Source of the DNA: Callorhinchus milii | Taxonomy: Eukaryota | Assembly: GCF_018977255.1 (NCBI RefSeq) | Contig: NW_024704742.1 | Coordinates: forward strand, 26,476,001 to 26,540,000 | DNA: 64,000 nucleotides | Direction: 5' to 3' | Program-made: the position numbers and the translations under genes | The notes under the pieces: model-generated | Database searches by the model: none | What the model was told of the DNA's origin: nothing | Seen by the model: only the letters and a program-made list of their open reading frames with translations | Part shown: piece after piece, positions 24,313 to 38,405 of the stretch | Layout: every line of letters starts with the position of its first letter | How positions within the stretch are numbered: the stretch's first letter is position 1

Positions 24313-25824
24313 CTGTAATAAAAAAAAGCATCATTTATAATATTAAACAATTAAAAATAAGAAAGCAACAGCAACCGATTAGCAATTTATATTTTAATAG
24401 GAATAAGATTGAAAAGGCTATATTGGTAAATTCAAAAGAGCTGGATAGACTTGGGGTTTAAAAAATGCTTATGAGGCGAGAGAGACTATCATATCTTTTA
24501 AACATTGGGTCCTGTCAGATTGATGGTTGACTGCAACCATCTCCTCCAATGCTCAATATTCCTATGTGAATACACCAAACCTCCAGTGATTAGTGCTGTG
24601 TAAGCCAGAGCATTAGCTTCTTAACTTACCCAACTACAGCTTAAATTGACATTATATTTAGAAGTAATTACACAACAAACAGGAGTATTATTCCGTTCAC
24701 AGATTTTGTTCCTTTCCCTACTGTTTCATTATGTCAAAGCCCATCTTAAGCAGTTTCCATTATATATAAGGTCGTGCCACAGAGCATTTCTCTATTGCAA
24801 TGTGATTTTCATATTAGGAGAATGAACCTACAAGCTTTACCAGTGTGCTTCAGTGAGACACACACACAGAAACACAAGGTAAATTCTAAATGGACTAAGT
24901 AATACTGATATAGAAGTGGTTCACTAAGACATTTTAATCCCCCTCTTACACAAACTACTACAAATTGACATTGTAACTAAACGCTTATTTGCCTTTCAGC
25001 ATTTATTGACATTTAGACATTATTGCTTCATTTACCTGCCTTACGTATACTATTGATTTGAGAGAAGAGATAAACAAAATCTCCTAAAGGGTAAAATAAG
25101 AGACTAATCAACTTTGAAAACAAATCTAAGGCGAGTTATTCATTGACTTTAAACACTATCTCTGTGCTTGTGTTTGTTTTTAAAATGTGACTCACACATA
25201 CAGATTTTGGAATATATACGCAGGTAAGCAATTATCATGAGGCACTGCACAGAATCCTGTTGTGTTATCAGCCAATGTATCAGATGTGAATCCTGCCTCA
25301 AGCGAAACCTCGGGCAGTTAGAGAAATGAAATCCAGGGAGAGATGTCAGAGCATCGATTTGAAGTTGGGTTTCAATTTAATTCTACCTTTGACCAGTCAT
25401 TAATCTCAATACTTCTGTATTCTTTTATATTGCCCAATACAGCCAAGGTACAAATACCAAACTAAAATTACTGTAGAGATTTTTTTAAAAATCAGGTTTT
25501 AAATAAAATGACACAAATCAGTCAATATGGCGTAATTAAATGTTTTTTGCACTGCTCAGATTTTAGTGCCTTGGGACGTCCTCCTGACGTGAAAGGCGCT
25601 TTACAAATGTAATTTTGTTGTTAATGTAAAAACTGTGCAATATCTTAAAATAATATGATTGCGAGAAAGAACTGTACCGGAAATTTGTGCAAAAAGCTGT
25701 AACGTTCATGATAAAATAGATGTTAGCAAAATGAACGATGCCCTTTAGTGACAGGGACCAGATTTTAGGTTTAGCACATTCCAAGCTCCTTGAATTGTCT
25801 GATCTCAAGGTTTATGCAGAATAC

Positions 25825-25994
25825 CTGATACGTTTCTATCGGCTTGGTTTCCATGTTCAGGTCCCAGACTTTGACAGTGAGGTAATCCCGTGTCATCATG
25901 TAGCGGCCACTGTGACTGAACTTCACATCAGAAACAGACGAGGTTATCTCAGAGAAGAAGAAGCGGCCGCTGGGATCTTCCGGCTCCTCAAACA
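25825..25994 (-). CDS. PPP2R2C: PP2A B55-gamma coding exon (170 bp)
   Basis: ccttttcccccag|(L)[56 protein letters not shown]|gtattc; phase 1 to 0. Confidence 0.97.
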
Positions 25995-26933
25995 CTGGGG
26001 GAAAAGGAAAGGACAGTAAAGAGCAGCTCAGTAATACGATGTTGTTAAAGGCAGCCATGTGGTGAAGCACACATTTTATTAATGTACAAAATCCCCACAT
26101 ATCTTTGCCAGTGTAACAATAACAAATACAAACCTTGGGTTTGATATAGCGCCTGCAGCGTCAAAATGTCTCAAAGCGTGTCACAGAAAATTGCTGTAGT
26201 TACAGTGCAGTTACTGTATATTTATTTGTAGGCGACATGTAGCCAATTTGCAGACAGCAATGTCCCACACATGGCCATGAAGTGATTGACCAATTTTATC
26301 TGGAGGATTGTAACATTGAAGCAGTTCACAAAATACACCAGATTGATAATTGGGATATCTTCTATCAGTAACCATCTGTCAATCAATCAGCATAGATGAC
26401 ATAACAGTCATGAGCCTTGTTGTGTGAATGCCTTTGCTTCAGCACTAAGTAGCCTTAATAGCTTGGAATAGGTCTAATTGCTGATAGCGTCACCAAAACC
26501 AACCAAAATACACCAAAACCTACATATAAGCAGAAAAATAGATGTCACCGACAATATTATATACAGTAATTTGTGGGTATTTATTTCTGTGTATCAATCA
26601 CAAATCCCTCCATTCCCTCTCTGATCTCAACCCACAGCTCAGGTGCAAACCCCTCATTGTCCAGTGTCTTGAGACGTCCTCCCGACGTGAAAGGCGCTAT
26701 ATAAATGCTATTTGTTATTGTATGGATGCCAATCATTCTCCACAAGAATACTCATATCTCAAAATACCTTCTCCACTAGGCTGATGCAATGTATTTCACC
26801 CCATTCAATAGTGGCACAGTTTTAATCCTGGGTTAAACATGTGATCAAACTCACAGATGAGCACAGGTGCACAATGTGGAATACATCAGGAGTCCGACAC
26901 GTATTCAGAGTGAAACATTTATTGGGGGGAGGT

Positions 26934-27030
26934 GGTCAGCCGAGTGTCTGACACATGCGGAAATCCATCACCGCGCTTAAAAGAATGAGAATTCCATGCA
27001 TCCCGCCTTAAACGTGGAAATTCCAGAGGT
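26934..27030 (+). repeat. Unclassified dispersed repeat (family U1), copy 3
   Basis: ggtcagccgagtgtctgacacatgcggaaatccatcacc...acgtggaaattccag. Confidence 0.7.
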
Positions 27031-27324
27031 AGATTGTTGGAGAGAATGAAACCAATGGCTGGATTTTAAATATGAAAAAGACAAATTGCTAAAGGTTTTG
27101 AAAGAATAGTTATCAGAGTAGCTGTCTAATGGTTTGAAATTCACACCAAGTTTGAAAAGCAAAATAAGATGCTTACAGCCAACAGAGGAACGAGGCTTGC
27201 GCCTCAGCTAAAACCAGATGCAAACTCATGCCCGAGTGCTGAAAGGAGTGTTTTCTAAAGCCAGTTTCCCTTCTGGCTTTTCACTTTAGCTCACTATCAT
27301 TAGGTTTAGTTAATTGGTCCTTCA

Positions 27325-27665
27325 GATGAGGCGTTAATCTGAGGTCTCGTCTGCCCGTTGAGGTGAACGTTAAAGATCCCAAGGCACTATCTGAAAAGAG
27401 AATACTAGCCAACAACCGCCGCCCCCCCACCCCCTCCATACAGATAAAAGCTAAAATTAGATCCACCACTTCTTGGCTGTTTGTGGGACATTGGTGTGCA
27501 AACATTGACTGCCGTGTTCGCCTACACAATACACAGTGACTGCACCTACAGTAAATCCTGTAGGGCTTTGCGACGTTCTCCCTTCAAACTCCTGTATTGT
27601 TGAGCTCTCCGAGGCGCTACTCCCCATGACAGGAAAGGTGTAATATCAAATGTAAAGATTATTGT
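27325..27665 (+). mobile_element. DeuSINE-like SINE, 5'-truncated
   Basis: cagatgaggcgttaatctgaggtctcgtctgccc...aaagatcccaaggcactat...ggctgtttgtgggacatt...tail. Confidence 0.75.
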
Positions 27666-28552
27666 TTTCAAGGAAAATTTTGGCTTAATGAAGATAGCAG
27701 GCTATATACAAGCAAACAAAATCAAGGACACATTTGAATGAGTCAGAGTGGGCCATGGTTACTATATGTTCAATTACAGATTTTCTGTAGGGGATTCTTC
27801 AAATGAATATTTAGCAGTTCTACTTTACTGGATGCAAGCTGACTTGATTAGTACAATTATACAACATGCCAATGCCAAGTCATTTTCAAAACTGCTTCAC
27901 ATTGAACCGGTTATCAAGCAGCGAGCAATCATGTTTTATAACTACATGTACTGCATTACCTTCAGGCTATTTATTAGCATACTTGCCTCTTGGGCTGATT
28001 AGCCCAGCATGGTGTCATTCAGATACAATGACAACACTAGTCTGAACCCCTGAGTAATTATTTCAGATTTGGGTCCTGCATTTTCGATGAATATTTTAAG
28101 TTTAGTGCGTTCTGCGCATTGCAACATTTCACGGTGTAACCCGTTATAGGAAGTGATGGCAAGTGCACAAACTGGAACAAAGCAGACACAACCATCGTAT
28201 AGATTCTAACCCACTCTGAAGGGCGGAAGGATTTTTTTTCCATTTAAATGTCAATAGGCATGTGGAACAAACTATCAAAGCTGGTTTAGGAGTAAGGAAC
28301 TCCGGTATAAAACACGACTGGCAAATTGTTGGAAATTGAATGGGCTCAGCATTATTCAATGCTGGGATAAATATGCTGAAGGCAGCTTTTGGACAGTTAG
28401 ATGGGTAGCGTACATGGACCGATGGGCTACTTCTGCCTAAAACTGTTACTGTGTTATTATGAAGCCATAATAATAAATAAAAAATCAAACAAATATAAAA
28501 CAAGTGAAATCAATCCAAATTAGACCAATGCTGAAATCCACATCAGCAAGGG

Positions 28553-28830
28553 TTAGCCTGGCTCAGTTGCCATCACTCTCGCCTCTGAGTTGGGTTAATG
28601 ATAAAGCTCCACATTGGGACTTCAGCTCCTTGTCCAAGCTGATACTGCATTACAGTACTGGAGGATCACTGAATTGACAGAGGTCATCCTTCAGAGCAGA
28701 CATTAAACTGATGTCCCCTCTGCCTTTTTACAAACTTTTTTGATGTGCTCAACAGTTCTTCTAATAAGTTGATCATTCATGGCTGTTTGTCGGTCCTTCC
28801 TGTGTGCAAATTGACGACTGTTGCCCTTCT
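28553..28830 (+). mobile_element. DeuSINE-like SINE, degenerate
   Basis: Head tagcctggctcagttg...cactctcgcctctgagt colinear with the 15361 and 16779 copies. Confidence 0.65.
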
Positions 28831-30369
28831 CAAATTGATACCAGGCAGGGCACGTTCTGTTATTTACACCAGTGCACATCGAAAGGAAACAAACCAAATA
28901 TCTAGGAATAACTAAATGGGTTGACGATCTTACATACCGAATATAAAATAGTTTCAACAAAGAGAATTAGGAAAACAAATTTTCATTATTTACCCACAAA
29001 TATCCAAGTGCCATTTTGGTTCAGTTGGTAGCACTCTTGCCCAGGTTGGAAGGTTGTAGATTCATGTCCCATGCTAGGACGTAAGCATAACATTGGCTCC
29101 AGTGCAGTACCACAGCAGTGGTGTGTTGTCAGAGGAGCTGTAATTCCCTATGGCAAACTGATCTTACCAGCCCGGTCAAGTGGATGTAACACATTGCATT
29201 GCAATTATTTTTTAAAAAAGGGAATTCGTTGGATTGGGGTGACCTGGTTGCTGTTTGTGGAATGTTGCTAGTTCAGATGAGCTGATACATTTGTCTTACA
29301 TTAAGAGATACCGTTATGTCAAAGCAACTCCTTGGGTGAAGCCGTCCAAGGCATTCTGCCATGATAAGGGGCTAAATAAAATAATATTTTAGAACGAAAC
29401 AAAATATTAGATTTTAACTTTTTAGAAAAAAACAAAAGACTTTTAGTCTTTTAGTACAAACTACAGGACACCAGTTACTTGCTGCATTCTGACAGCAGAT
29501 TTGGCAACACAAGCATAAAAAGGTGTTTCGGTTTAACCTAATGAACGACTGAACATGACTCGACTAACCAGCAGTGCGAGCTGCACCTCATGTAGTAGTG
29601 GCGACCTTTTCCAGTCCTAATCACACTCAATCACACTGCTACTCTGCTGTTTCATTAATCTGGGCTGCTTGTAATTTGTTGTCACGACTGCAGTCTGAAG
29701 ATATCCTGCTGAGGGACAAAACCCTTCTCTTTGTTTTGGAGAATAAAAACTACTCAATTCAGTCTTTCCAAGAGTTTTATTTCAGCTCAACACTGCAAAG
29801 CAAAAATGAGAAATGGAAACGGGGAATAATTATAATAATCCTTGCATTTAATATAGAGTCTTACCACGTCGCTGAAACATCTAAAAGGGCGTTGCAAGAT
29901 TTTACTGTAATGTGTTGTGACCGTGTATTTGCAGGCAAATGCAGTAACCAATTTGCACAGTAAATATCCCACAAACAGCCAAGTGAATGCTACCAGTTTT
30001 ACCTGGGGGAATTGTTGGCCAGGAATAAGGAGTCTTTTCTAATGACACCGTCCAGCTGATAAGCATCCCACCATCTCAGATAACGTTAGTGAATCCTGAT
30101 AATGTGATACACCATGAATACCAAACAGTTCTGCTGACACATGTCCTGCCTAACAAAGTTCATCTCATTGTGTGGGATTAAACTCATCATTTGCAGTGTC
30201 AAATGGTGCAACACTTGCAAGCCTCTCAAATTCCACAGGCAGTGCAAATAATTGCATCCATTATAGTTGAACCTATAATATTTATGTCGATTCTCCTCCT
30301 TAAAAGTTACCACAGTACTAGGGAACAGCAATTTTTATGTTCCTAATTCAGTTTAAATTTCACATAATC

Positions 30370-31155
30370 TCCTTTTTCTGGATCATATTCTTGATATGGT
30401 CTTGATGCCCTTGCCCCCCTCACCTCCCGAACTGCCTGCTACTCATGACCCTCACCCTGGTACAACAGCCACCTCCGCTCCTTCAAGGATCAGGTGCGTG
30501 CCGCTGAATGCACCTGGCTCAAATCTGATCTAACAGTACATCGGCAGATCTGGTTGGACCACATCAAAACATACCGCTCCACCCTTGCCTCTGCCAAAAC
30601 ATCCCTCTACTCCAAGATAATCTTGGAGGCAAAGGACAACTCCAGGCTTTTCTTCTCTACTACCAACCGGCTATTCCGTCCACGCTCCCATGTCTCGCCC
30701 ATTCTCTCCTCAAATTCTGACTGTGAGGAGATGCTGGATTTCCTCGAGTCGAAAATCGAAAGGATATGTTCAGCTGTCTCCGTCCTTCCAACTGCCACTC
30801 CCTCCCCATCTCCCCCACACATTCCGACCCCTACCCATCCCTCCATCCACATCTTCGAATCTGTTTCTCCCTCCTCTCTCATCACCACTGTATCCAGCGT
30901 GAAACACACAACCTGCTCCCTTGACCCCATCACCACCCCTCTCTTTACCTCCCAGCTACACCTCCTCACCCTTCTACTCTCCAACACCATCAATCTCTCC
31001 CTAGCACCATTTCCACTCCACTAAAAACAGCTATAATCATCCCCATCCTGAAGAAACCTTCCTTGGACCCATCCCTGCTTTCTAACTGCCGGCACATCTC
31101 CAAATTCCCTTTTCTTTCCAAGGTCCTTGAAAGAGTCGTTGCTTCCCAGCTTTGT
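30370..31155 (+). mobile_element. L2 LINE internal ORF2 fragment (disrupted)
   Basis: Peptide ...DNSRLFFSTTNRLF...[12 protein letters not shown]...TTCSLDPI...; then, in a shifted frame, KTAIIIPILKKPSLDP...[14 protein letters not shown]. Homologous to 63480-64000. Confidence 0.92.
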
Positions 31156-31922
31156 TCCAGCTATCCTATGAAGTGGTGCTGACTGAGGTCAGCAAGAGGA
31201 ATCGGGATGAAATTGTTGCATTCTACTCCGACAAAAGGTGCAATCCACAACCTCATTGATTCACAATGGTAACCACTCAAACATAGAAATATCTCGGAGA
31301 CTACAGAGGAATGAGTAAGAGTGAGGCATTACATTTAGTGGCTCCTATGGTTAAAAAGAAACATCAGTGCAGACTTAATGTGCCACATGGCCTGTATCTG
31401 TGGCATGACCTTCTATGAATCTGCACAAATTGACACAGGTTAAACAAACCAAAGTGCATTGTAAATGCCCAGTGTGGGGTTATTTTGCCAATTTTTCTCC
31501 ATTCATGCTGTATTGAAAATCTGCAGATCTTCAATATAGCATGAATGGAGTAATGATCCATTGGTGCTAGAAACCTGATGGGATTTGGCTGAAGTGCCAC
31601 CCGATCTGTCAAATATGAGAGAAAAATGCAAGTGGGAAGCTAGGACATGTATGGCCTACTGTTGATGTGATAATTAGCACTGGTGATATTACCATTCCTC
31701 ACTCTTAATTGCTGGTATAGTGACCATGAAAGTGGCTTCTCCCCTGTCTCCTCTCTCAGGAGATAACGCTTCATGTAGAGTATTAGCTCATTTATTATGA
31801 ATAGTGTGTATGAAAGGTCATCATATTTGATCAAAGTGTTCAGTTGAAAAGACGATCGAATTCAACGGTTGGGAGAATAAGACCTCATCACGGATACTCT
31901 CAGGAGACTGAGAACGTATTAA

Positions 31923-32271
31923 TAGGGCTTCTGGTTTTCGGGTTTAAAAAGTAAAATTTTCAGGATTTATTTTTAGCTTTTTTTTAATTCTAAAAATTGG
32001 GATTTTTCAAAGATTTTCACTTTTAATGGAAAATTCAGACAGACCTTGCACATGGAGGAGAGGTCCCTTGATGCATGTGGAGTGCCTGTCTCCTCTCATG
32101 TTTGAGGAAGGAGGCATTGAGTATCTCTCCCCTTACACATGAGCAGCGCACGTCAGAACAGGTAACCATTGACAGGGTTTTGCTGTGTTTATTAGATAAA
32201 CTCTGATTTCTATATTTTTTTTCTATCGGGGGTGTTTTATCAGATTAAAACTGAAAATCATAAATGTCCTA
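31923..32271. mobile_element. Non-autonomous hAT-type DNA transposon (MITE), ~349 bp
   Basis: Imperfect TIRs TAGGGCTTCTGGTTTTCGGGTTTAA vs (revcomp) TAGGACATTTATGATTTTCAGTTTTAA. 8-bp TSD cgtattaa (31915-31922) / catattaa (32272-32279). Confidence 0.75.
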
Positions 32272-32814
32272 CATATTAAGCATTAGACTCCTTCAGTGGT
32301 GATAGAGCATTCCAATGTACTGGTTAGCAGTGCACTCTCTCATTCAGACCAATGACCTGTGAAAACTGCAAAGGAATAAGAAGGTGAAAAAAAAGGCAAT
32401 GACTCGAACTGTGGTAAAACAGAAATAATGAAATGTAAATCGGCAATTCGGCCTGCACTCTCTCACACAACTGCATGGCTGGTTATCAAGCCTTGAAGGA
32501 ACTGGCCAATGATGTCTGGCACAGGGCTACATTGCTCCAGCCTCACATTTTTATTTCCAACACCGCCCATCGCCCAGTCTGAGTGAAATTGCCAATTTAG
32601 TAATAAATTAAGGCCAGCTTTGTGCCGTGAGCTGGTACGCACCGGGAAAGAGATCGAGACTCCCAAACTAATTTTTACATCTGAATCCTACAACTGACAC
32701 AGAAGCTATCATGTCATTAGTCTGCACTGCAATGTAACCCAGGCTTCACAGAGCTAACCCACCAAATCCCCTCATGGAAGCTAATCCATTGTGTGCACTA
32801 TAACTTGACAGGTT

Positions 32815-32860
32815 ATTTTTTTGGTCAGCCAGGTGTCTGACACATGCAGACAGGCAACTC
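32815..32860 (+). repeat. Unclassified dispersed repeat (family U1), copy 4
   Basis: ttttttggtcagccaggtgtctgacacatgcag. Confidence 0.65.
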
Positions 32861-35800
32861 AAAAGCATGAGGAACAAGGTACATGTTTTCCTGGCCATTT
32901 TGGTGCAGAAACTTATGAGGATTACTCAGGTAATACAAAAAATATTATATTACCTGGGAGTTCTGGAATACTCCAAATAGGAATATAAGAAAGCACAGAA
33001 TGTGAAAAGTCCATTCGGTTCATCAAGCTCACTCCTTTCACAAATCATAAAACAATCTACCCCATTGTGGATCCACCCATCATCTCCTGGGGAAAGGTCT
33101 TTGTAAAACAGTCCCAAAGATAAACAATGCAAAATCACCACAGAATATTCCCACATTCAACTCTTAGGTGTTCCTGATAACTCAGAGCTTTAGTATTTAA
33201 ATGTCCTTGTCCTTCTTTTCTAAATCCAAAAAAAATGGTTTTAAAGGCCACTGCCCCAAAGTCCAACAATTATTTGGAGATGTGGCCTCTCCAGTGATCT
33301 GCAGAATAACTTTTTTTTAAAAAAACTTAATGTCAAAGATCCTGGAGATGGAACTTCTCACTTGATTGACTTTGTTAATAACGGCTTCGCATTGATTGGA
33401 AACCTTCAAAGAAAGATCAATAATTACACACAGGTTCTTCTTCTCTCTTCTGTTAATGGATATCCTTTCTTTTTGTACATACGTTTGCTCTTTCTTCTTC
33501 TACCATGCATTATCTGGCATTTGCAATCTCCAATATCCTTGACATTAAATCAGTAAATTGATCAAAGTGCACTCCTACATTACAAATAATGTCAAGTGAA
33601 CCTCAGTTGGATTTCAAACCTAAAGTAACCCTTTCACAGAGCAGCAGCGGGGGAATGAACCATTGGTTTGGCTCTCACTGAATTGTAGCAACATTTATTT
33701 ACAAGTTCAATGGTTTATTCCATAGGTGAACCAAGGCTCCTACAATTCACTGGGCTCTAACTTGCAAGATCAGTAACTTGCTAAGCCTGCCCTTCTCTGG
33801 AAGCATCTTAGGTTGATCTGTTGGACCTCTGCTTGGCCATCAATCTCCTGCCGGTTACCAGGGATTCCACACTTTGACAAAGTCAAACCTGAGGTCAGTG
33901 TGAGAGACATTACAAAGGTAGACACAGCATTCTCTATTTTTGTGAATCTCAGAAATTCCAGCCCATTAATAGCCTATCCCTTTAATTTAGAAGTTACTTG
34001 AAGAAGTGCACTACCCTGCTAACAGAAATGCGCGGTCTACCTCACGCTTTTCCTATATTGTACAGCAATGGAAAAAAACAAGCATAGAAATACTAAGCGT
34101 ATATTTACATGTAAGGGCAGATAAAGCAATGTGACAAGAACTAAACACAATGTCAGCGACATGGGTTTTAAACAGTAATGTTTCTATTTCAATTACCGAA
34201 CACTCCCTGGAGAACTAAACGATCATTGTTCCGATGGCAGAGCAGGAGGCCTGTGCTTACACTGGGTGAAACCCACTAAACAAATATGGCAACATTCACT
34301 AGATAACTCAGTTGCCCCAACTACTCCCTCCACTTAGCGAACAGGATATCTGTGTCCCCCACCTGACCAGGCCTAACATTTGTAGCTTTCAGCCATCTGC
34401 CCTGCTGAATGGAACTCCTTCCTCTCTACTTGAAAGACTGCCTTAAGACCATTCTTTTCAACCGCGCTTTTGGTCACCTCCCACCTCCTTCCTCGTTCAC
34501 CTCCCGCCCAACTCAAGCTCCCAATCAGCTATGTGATGCACTTTGAAACATGAAAGGCGCTGTATAACTGAAAACCTGTTGTTGTTAAAAAGGCATGGGC
34601 AAAGCAGTGTGTGACGATCAGATGTTTTAGCAAATTGGTCACACAATGGCTATATCTGGGATATAAATAGCACCTTCACCCTCTAGGTTGATTTGCATTT
34701 TACTAATCGTCAATGAGGGAAGGTCAGGGTAGAACATTATTGCTTTGCATGTTCATGGACTTTTTTTTGTAAACTGTGACAAAAGAGGGGTGAAAGCCAA
34801 CAAATAAGATTGTAGCCAAGTTGTCAGAAATGAAACAAAAGTAAATCCAGAAATTACATGGAGAACCCATATACAGTTAGTTGCACTTAAGGTAAAAACA
34901 AAATTTAAAGAAAGTTATTTGACTCGAGGACAAAGTACTTGAATACTAACATACACCTTTTCTCACTGCTCAACCCCTTAAATGTAGCATTTAAAGCCCA
35001 ATTCAAAAGTTTCTTACCCCATCATGCTAGCACATGCCTGTAATTTTCCTGTCACATTTCAACGGAGACGATAATAAGCACAGGCCAATTATCATCTCAA
35101 AGAGCCCATTATTGGAGGCAATCAGGATGTAAGCGTGTCAGAGATAACAGTCAGTCATTCATTCGGACAAATTGCCACATTCACCGCACATTAAAAGTAC
35201 AGATGCCGTCAAATCGCATTCACTGACTTTAATTACATATTTTTCAAAGGAAAAGAATGTAAAAGGAAAAATGCTGCCCAGTTTCCCCCTGATCTGGCTT
35301 CCATTTAAACCCAAGTGTTAGGGACTTTAATGCACCCCTTGCTTAAGTGTAAGTGAAGACTGCGAGTGGTCACGAGGGGATACAGCCAACAAAGCTTTCA
35401 ACATGATCAGAAAAGATAAAAGATAATGTATCACTACAGTAGCGTCCCTCGGGTTCGTCTCCCCTTCAAGGTACTTGGAATTAATTAGATGGCAGATGTG
35501 CTGGGTTGGTCTGCTATCGGGTGGTATTCTGTGCGCAACAGGAAGAATATTATTGTCATCCAAGTCAATGGGGGGAGTGGGGGAGGGGGGAGGGCGGAGA
35601 AAGGAAGGTGCTGTAGGCTTCTCATGTTCGTCCTCTGCCGATCATAGAAAGGAGGAGGAAACATGCAAGTGAAATGCTTTGGGAGCTACTTCCCTTTGCC
35701 AGATCTTGGGGCAAAAGATTCTGACCAGTGGGCTGAGATCCAAGCTTTGTCTGTGATGAGCTCAGTCACATGGGACTGTGGCAAACCTGTGCATTTAATT

Positions 35801-36084
35801 TTACGTGACAAATGTTGTGAGGTGACAGCGGTTCCGCATGGCAATTTCAGTAATTGCTTCACCTCCATGTCTCTTCAATGCTGTGTTAACTCTGCACAAT
35901 TGGCAGCGAATGGCCACGATTTTGACAGCAATCTGCCACCTACCATGCAGTACAAATATGGCTCATGTGCACAAATCACACTGCAGTCCTGCTCCCCACA
36001 CCAGCTGGTGGAGGCGGTGGCTGAGAGGACTCTACAAAATGGGATTTTAGCAGCTCGGGCACCAGAAGTTCCGTCTGCAATGAA

Positions 36085-36420
36085 TTCCTGATTTCAACTG
36101 TGGAGGCCGGGTCACTCCAATCCAATCCACTCCAATCCTCATCCTGGCTACCCATCCCCCAGCAGATCAACATTAAGATCCTTCAAATGGCTCACCCTAC
36201 CTACCCTATCTCTGCGATCAGTCTCCTGCGATCCTCCTCCCTGGTCACATCTTTCATTCTGCCAACTCCAGCCTGCTACATGTCCTGCACCCAATCATTG
36301 ATAGAGGCACTTTCATCCCTTCTCTCTGGAACTCTCTCCCCAAATCCCTCCACCTTGTCGCCTTCCTTCTCTTTGCTTTCAAATGATGCCTGAAGATCTA
36401 CCTTCTTGACTGCACTTTTG
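36085..36420 (+). mobile_element. Old L2 3' ORF2 fragment
   Basis: HWLPIPQQINIKIL-like peptide (cf. [14 protein letters not shown]) and ctctggaactctctccc. Confidence 0.65.
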
Positions 36421-38074
36421 TGAGACATTGTAGTGCTCAAACTACCACATTTACCAACAAATACAAACGCTTGACAGCAACTATCTGTAAAGAGCTTGAA
36501 ACAGTTTAGAGGCGGTAGACATTGCTTGAGATGCAAACATTATTGGAGCCCTGGTGACTGAAGAAAACCTTGGATTTTTATAATCCCAGCTCATCCTCTT
36601 GGCCCGAGACAATGTAAAGATCGTGGGAAGAATTTTTTTTCCAAGGGAAAAAAAATAAGCTTTGTGCAAACAGCATTCATTCAGAGTAATACAGAACCTT
36701 TATCAATTCTTTATGAAAAAAGCATTAATCATTTGGGTCCAAGTCTGGGCTTACTTTGTGATAGACACTGACCTTTAAATCAATCCCCTTGTTACACTTT
36801 GCCGCTACATGGCCACTGACAACAAGAGTGGTTGTGTCTTCGATCGAGGACTTAATCAGCCTCCATGTATGATTTATAATGATCTTGTGTAATTTTATAG
36901 CAACACGGTGATCTGCCTGAATCCTCTGCCCTTTGCTGTCACCTAGTTCTTTTCATTAATAGCATTTATCTAACAGACCTGAAAGACACTTATCACTAAA
37001 ATCCAGCTGCTGTGCAGAAATATAGTAATTAACAGCACCCAGTGCAATGGATGATGAAAATTCCAACATTTAATAAAAACAAATCAAAATGTACATTCCA
37101 TCATATATCAATTGACATTTCCTGGAAATTTTAATACCAGAAAAGAGGAAAGTTCTTCACATATGGATTAGAATGAGAGCTGGAGCAAGTTTGGAGGTTT
37201 TGCACACAGTGTGTGCTCAGACAGCAACAAAACCTTTCTGGTTTGGTGCCACATCTGAGAGTCTTTAACAAATAGCAAGACAGTCTTGAAGCCATTACGT
37301 GTTTTCCTACCTGCATGAAGGGAGATGGAAAGAAAATACTTTCCTATGAGGGGCAGAAATTGGCTGCTCACTCCATGGCTGTTTTAGCGACACTTCCGTG
37401 TGCAAATTGAATGCAAATTTGCCTACAAAACATACAATTGCTACACTTTACAATAAGTCCTGTGAAAGTCCTTCTGATGTGAAAGGCTCTAGGTCAAATG
37501 TAGAGTTTTTTTTATTTAAAAAGGAAAAATAATACAGCCAAGATCGAAAGGTCTCAGCAAAATCAAAACCAACCCAAAAGCCAAGCAAGTAATGAGGCTT
37601 TCCAGGTTGAATGGCATCCGCCTCTTCCTGTGTAACTCCCTTTACTGGGAGCTTTTGCAACAGATCCTCTCACAAATTCCATATTCAGTACCCGTACCAA
37701 GGATTATGAGAATTGGAATGAAAAGAGAGAAGGCAGGATGTGTTAATGTGCTATTAGCTGCAGCTTTGTGAATGCAGTTAGTGGGTTTAGAATGTGAACT
37801 TTTCCTAATGTCTTTGTACTCATGGTTCTGATCCAATTTGTACCCCTTAATCTTATACATCCTGATTGCTCCCTTTCTGATGAAAGGTCACATCAAACCT
37901 TAATCTATTCTGCTTTTTCCTCAAACCTTAATCCATGCTCCCTCACCTGTCCTGTTCTGTGCTCTAACATTGTGCCTTGGTTCCTACCTCAGCAGAACAA
38001 AGAAGCCAAACAAGAAAGGGCAGAGTCATTTTCAAAAATATGTAGCTCATTTTTAAACTGAGCTTCTGTTATCC

Positions 38075-38405
38075 AATAGAGAACGTACAGAGAAACTATT
38101 TCCTCTGGTGGGGGAATCCAGAACGAGGGAGCATAATCTTACAATTAGAACTGGGCCTATTTTGGAGCAAAACCAGGAAGCATTTATTCCCACAAAAGGT
38201 TGTGGTGATATCTGGAATTCTCTAAGGTTGTGGTGATATCTGGAATTCTCTCTCACAAAAGACTGAGATCGATAATATTTGTTAGGTAAGGGTATAAAGG
38301 GATATGGAGAAAAGGCAAGTAAATGGAGTTGAGGTACAGATCAGCCATGATCTAAAAGAATGGTGGAACAGACTCGAGGGGCTGAATGGCCTACTCCTGT
38401 TCCTC
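38075..38405 (+). mobile_element. CR1-clade LINE 3' fragment
   Basis: KLFPLVGESRTREHNL-type coding remnant and 3' end gaggggctgaatggcctactcctgttcct. Contains a perfect 28-bp tandem duplication. Confidence 0.85.

Noticed and set aside
37876..37905. ctgatgaaaggtcacatcaaac as a hammerhead ribozyme core
   Set aside because: CTGATGA is present but GAAA and stem II are broken; at most a decayed Penelope-like remnant.
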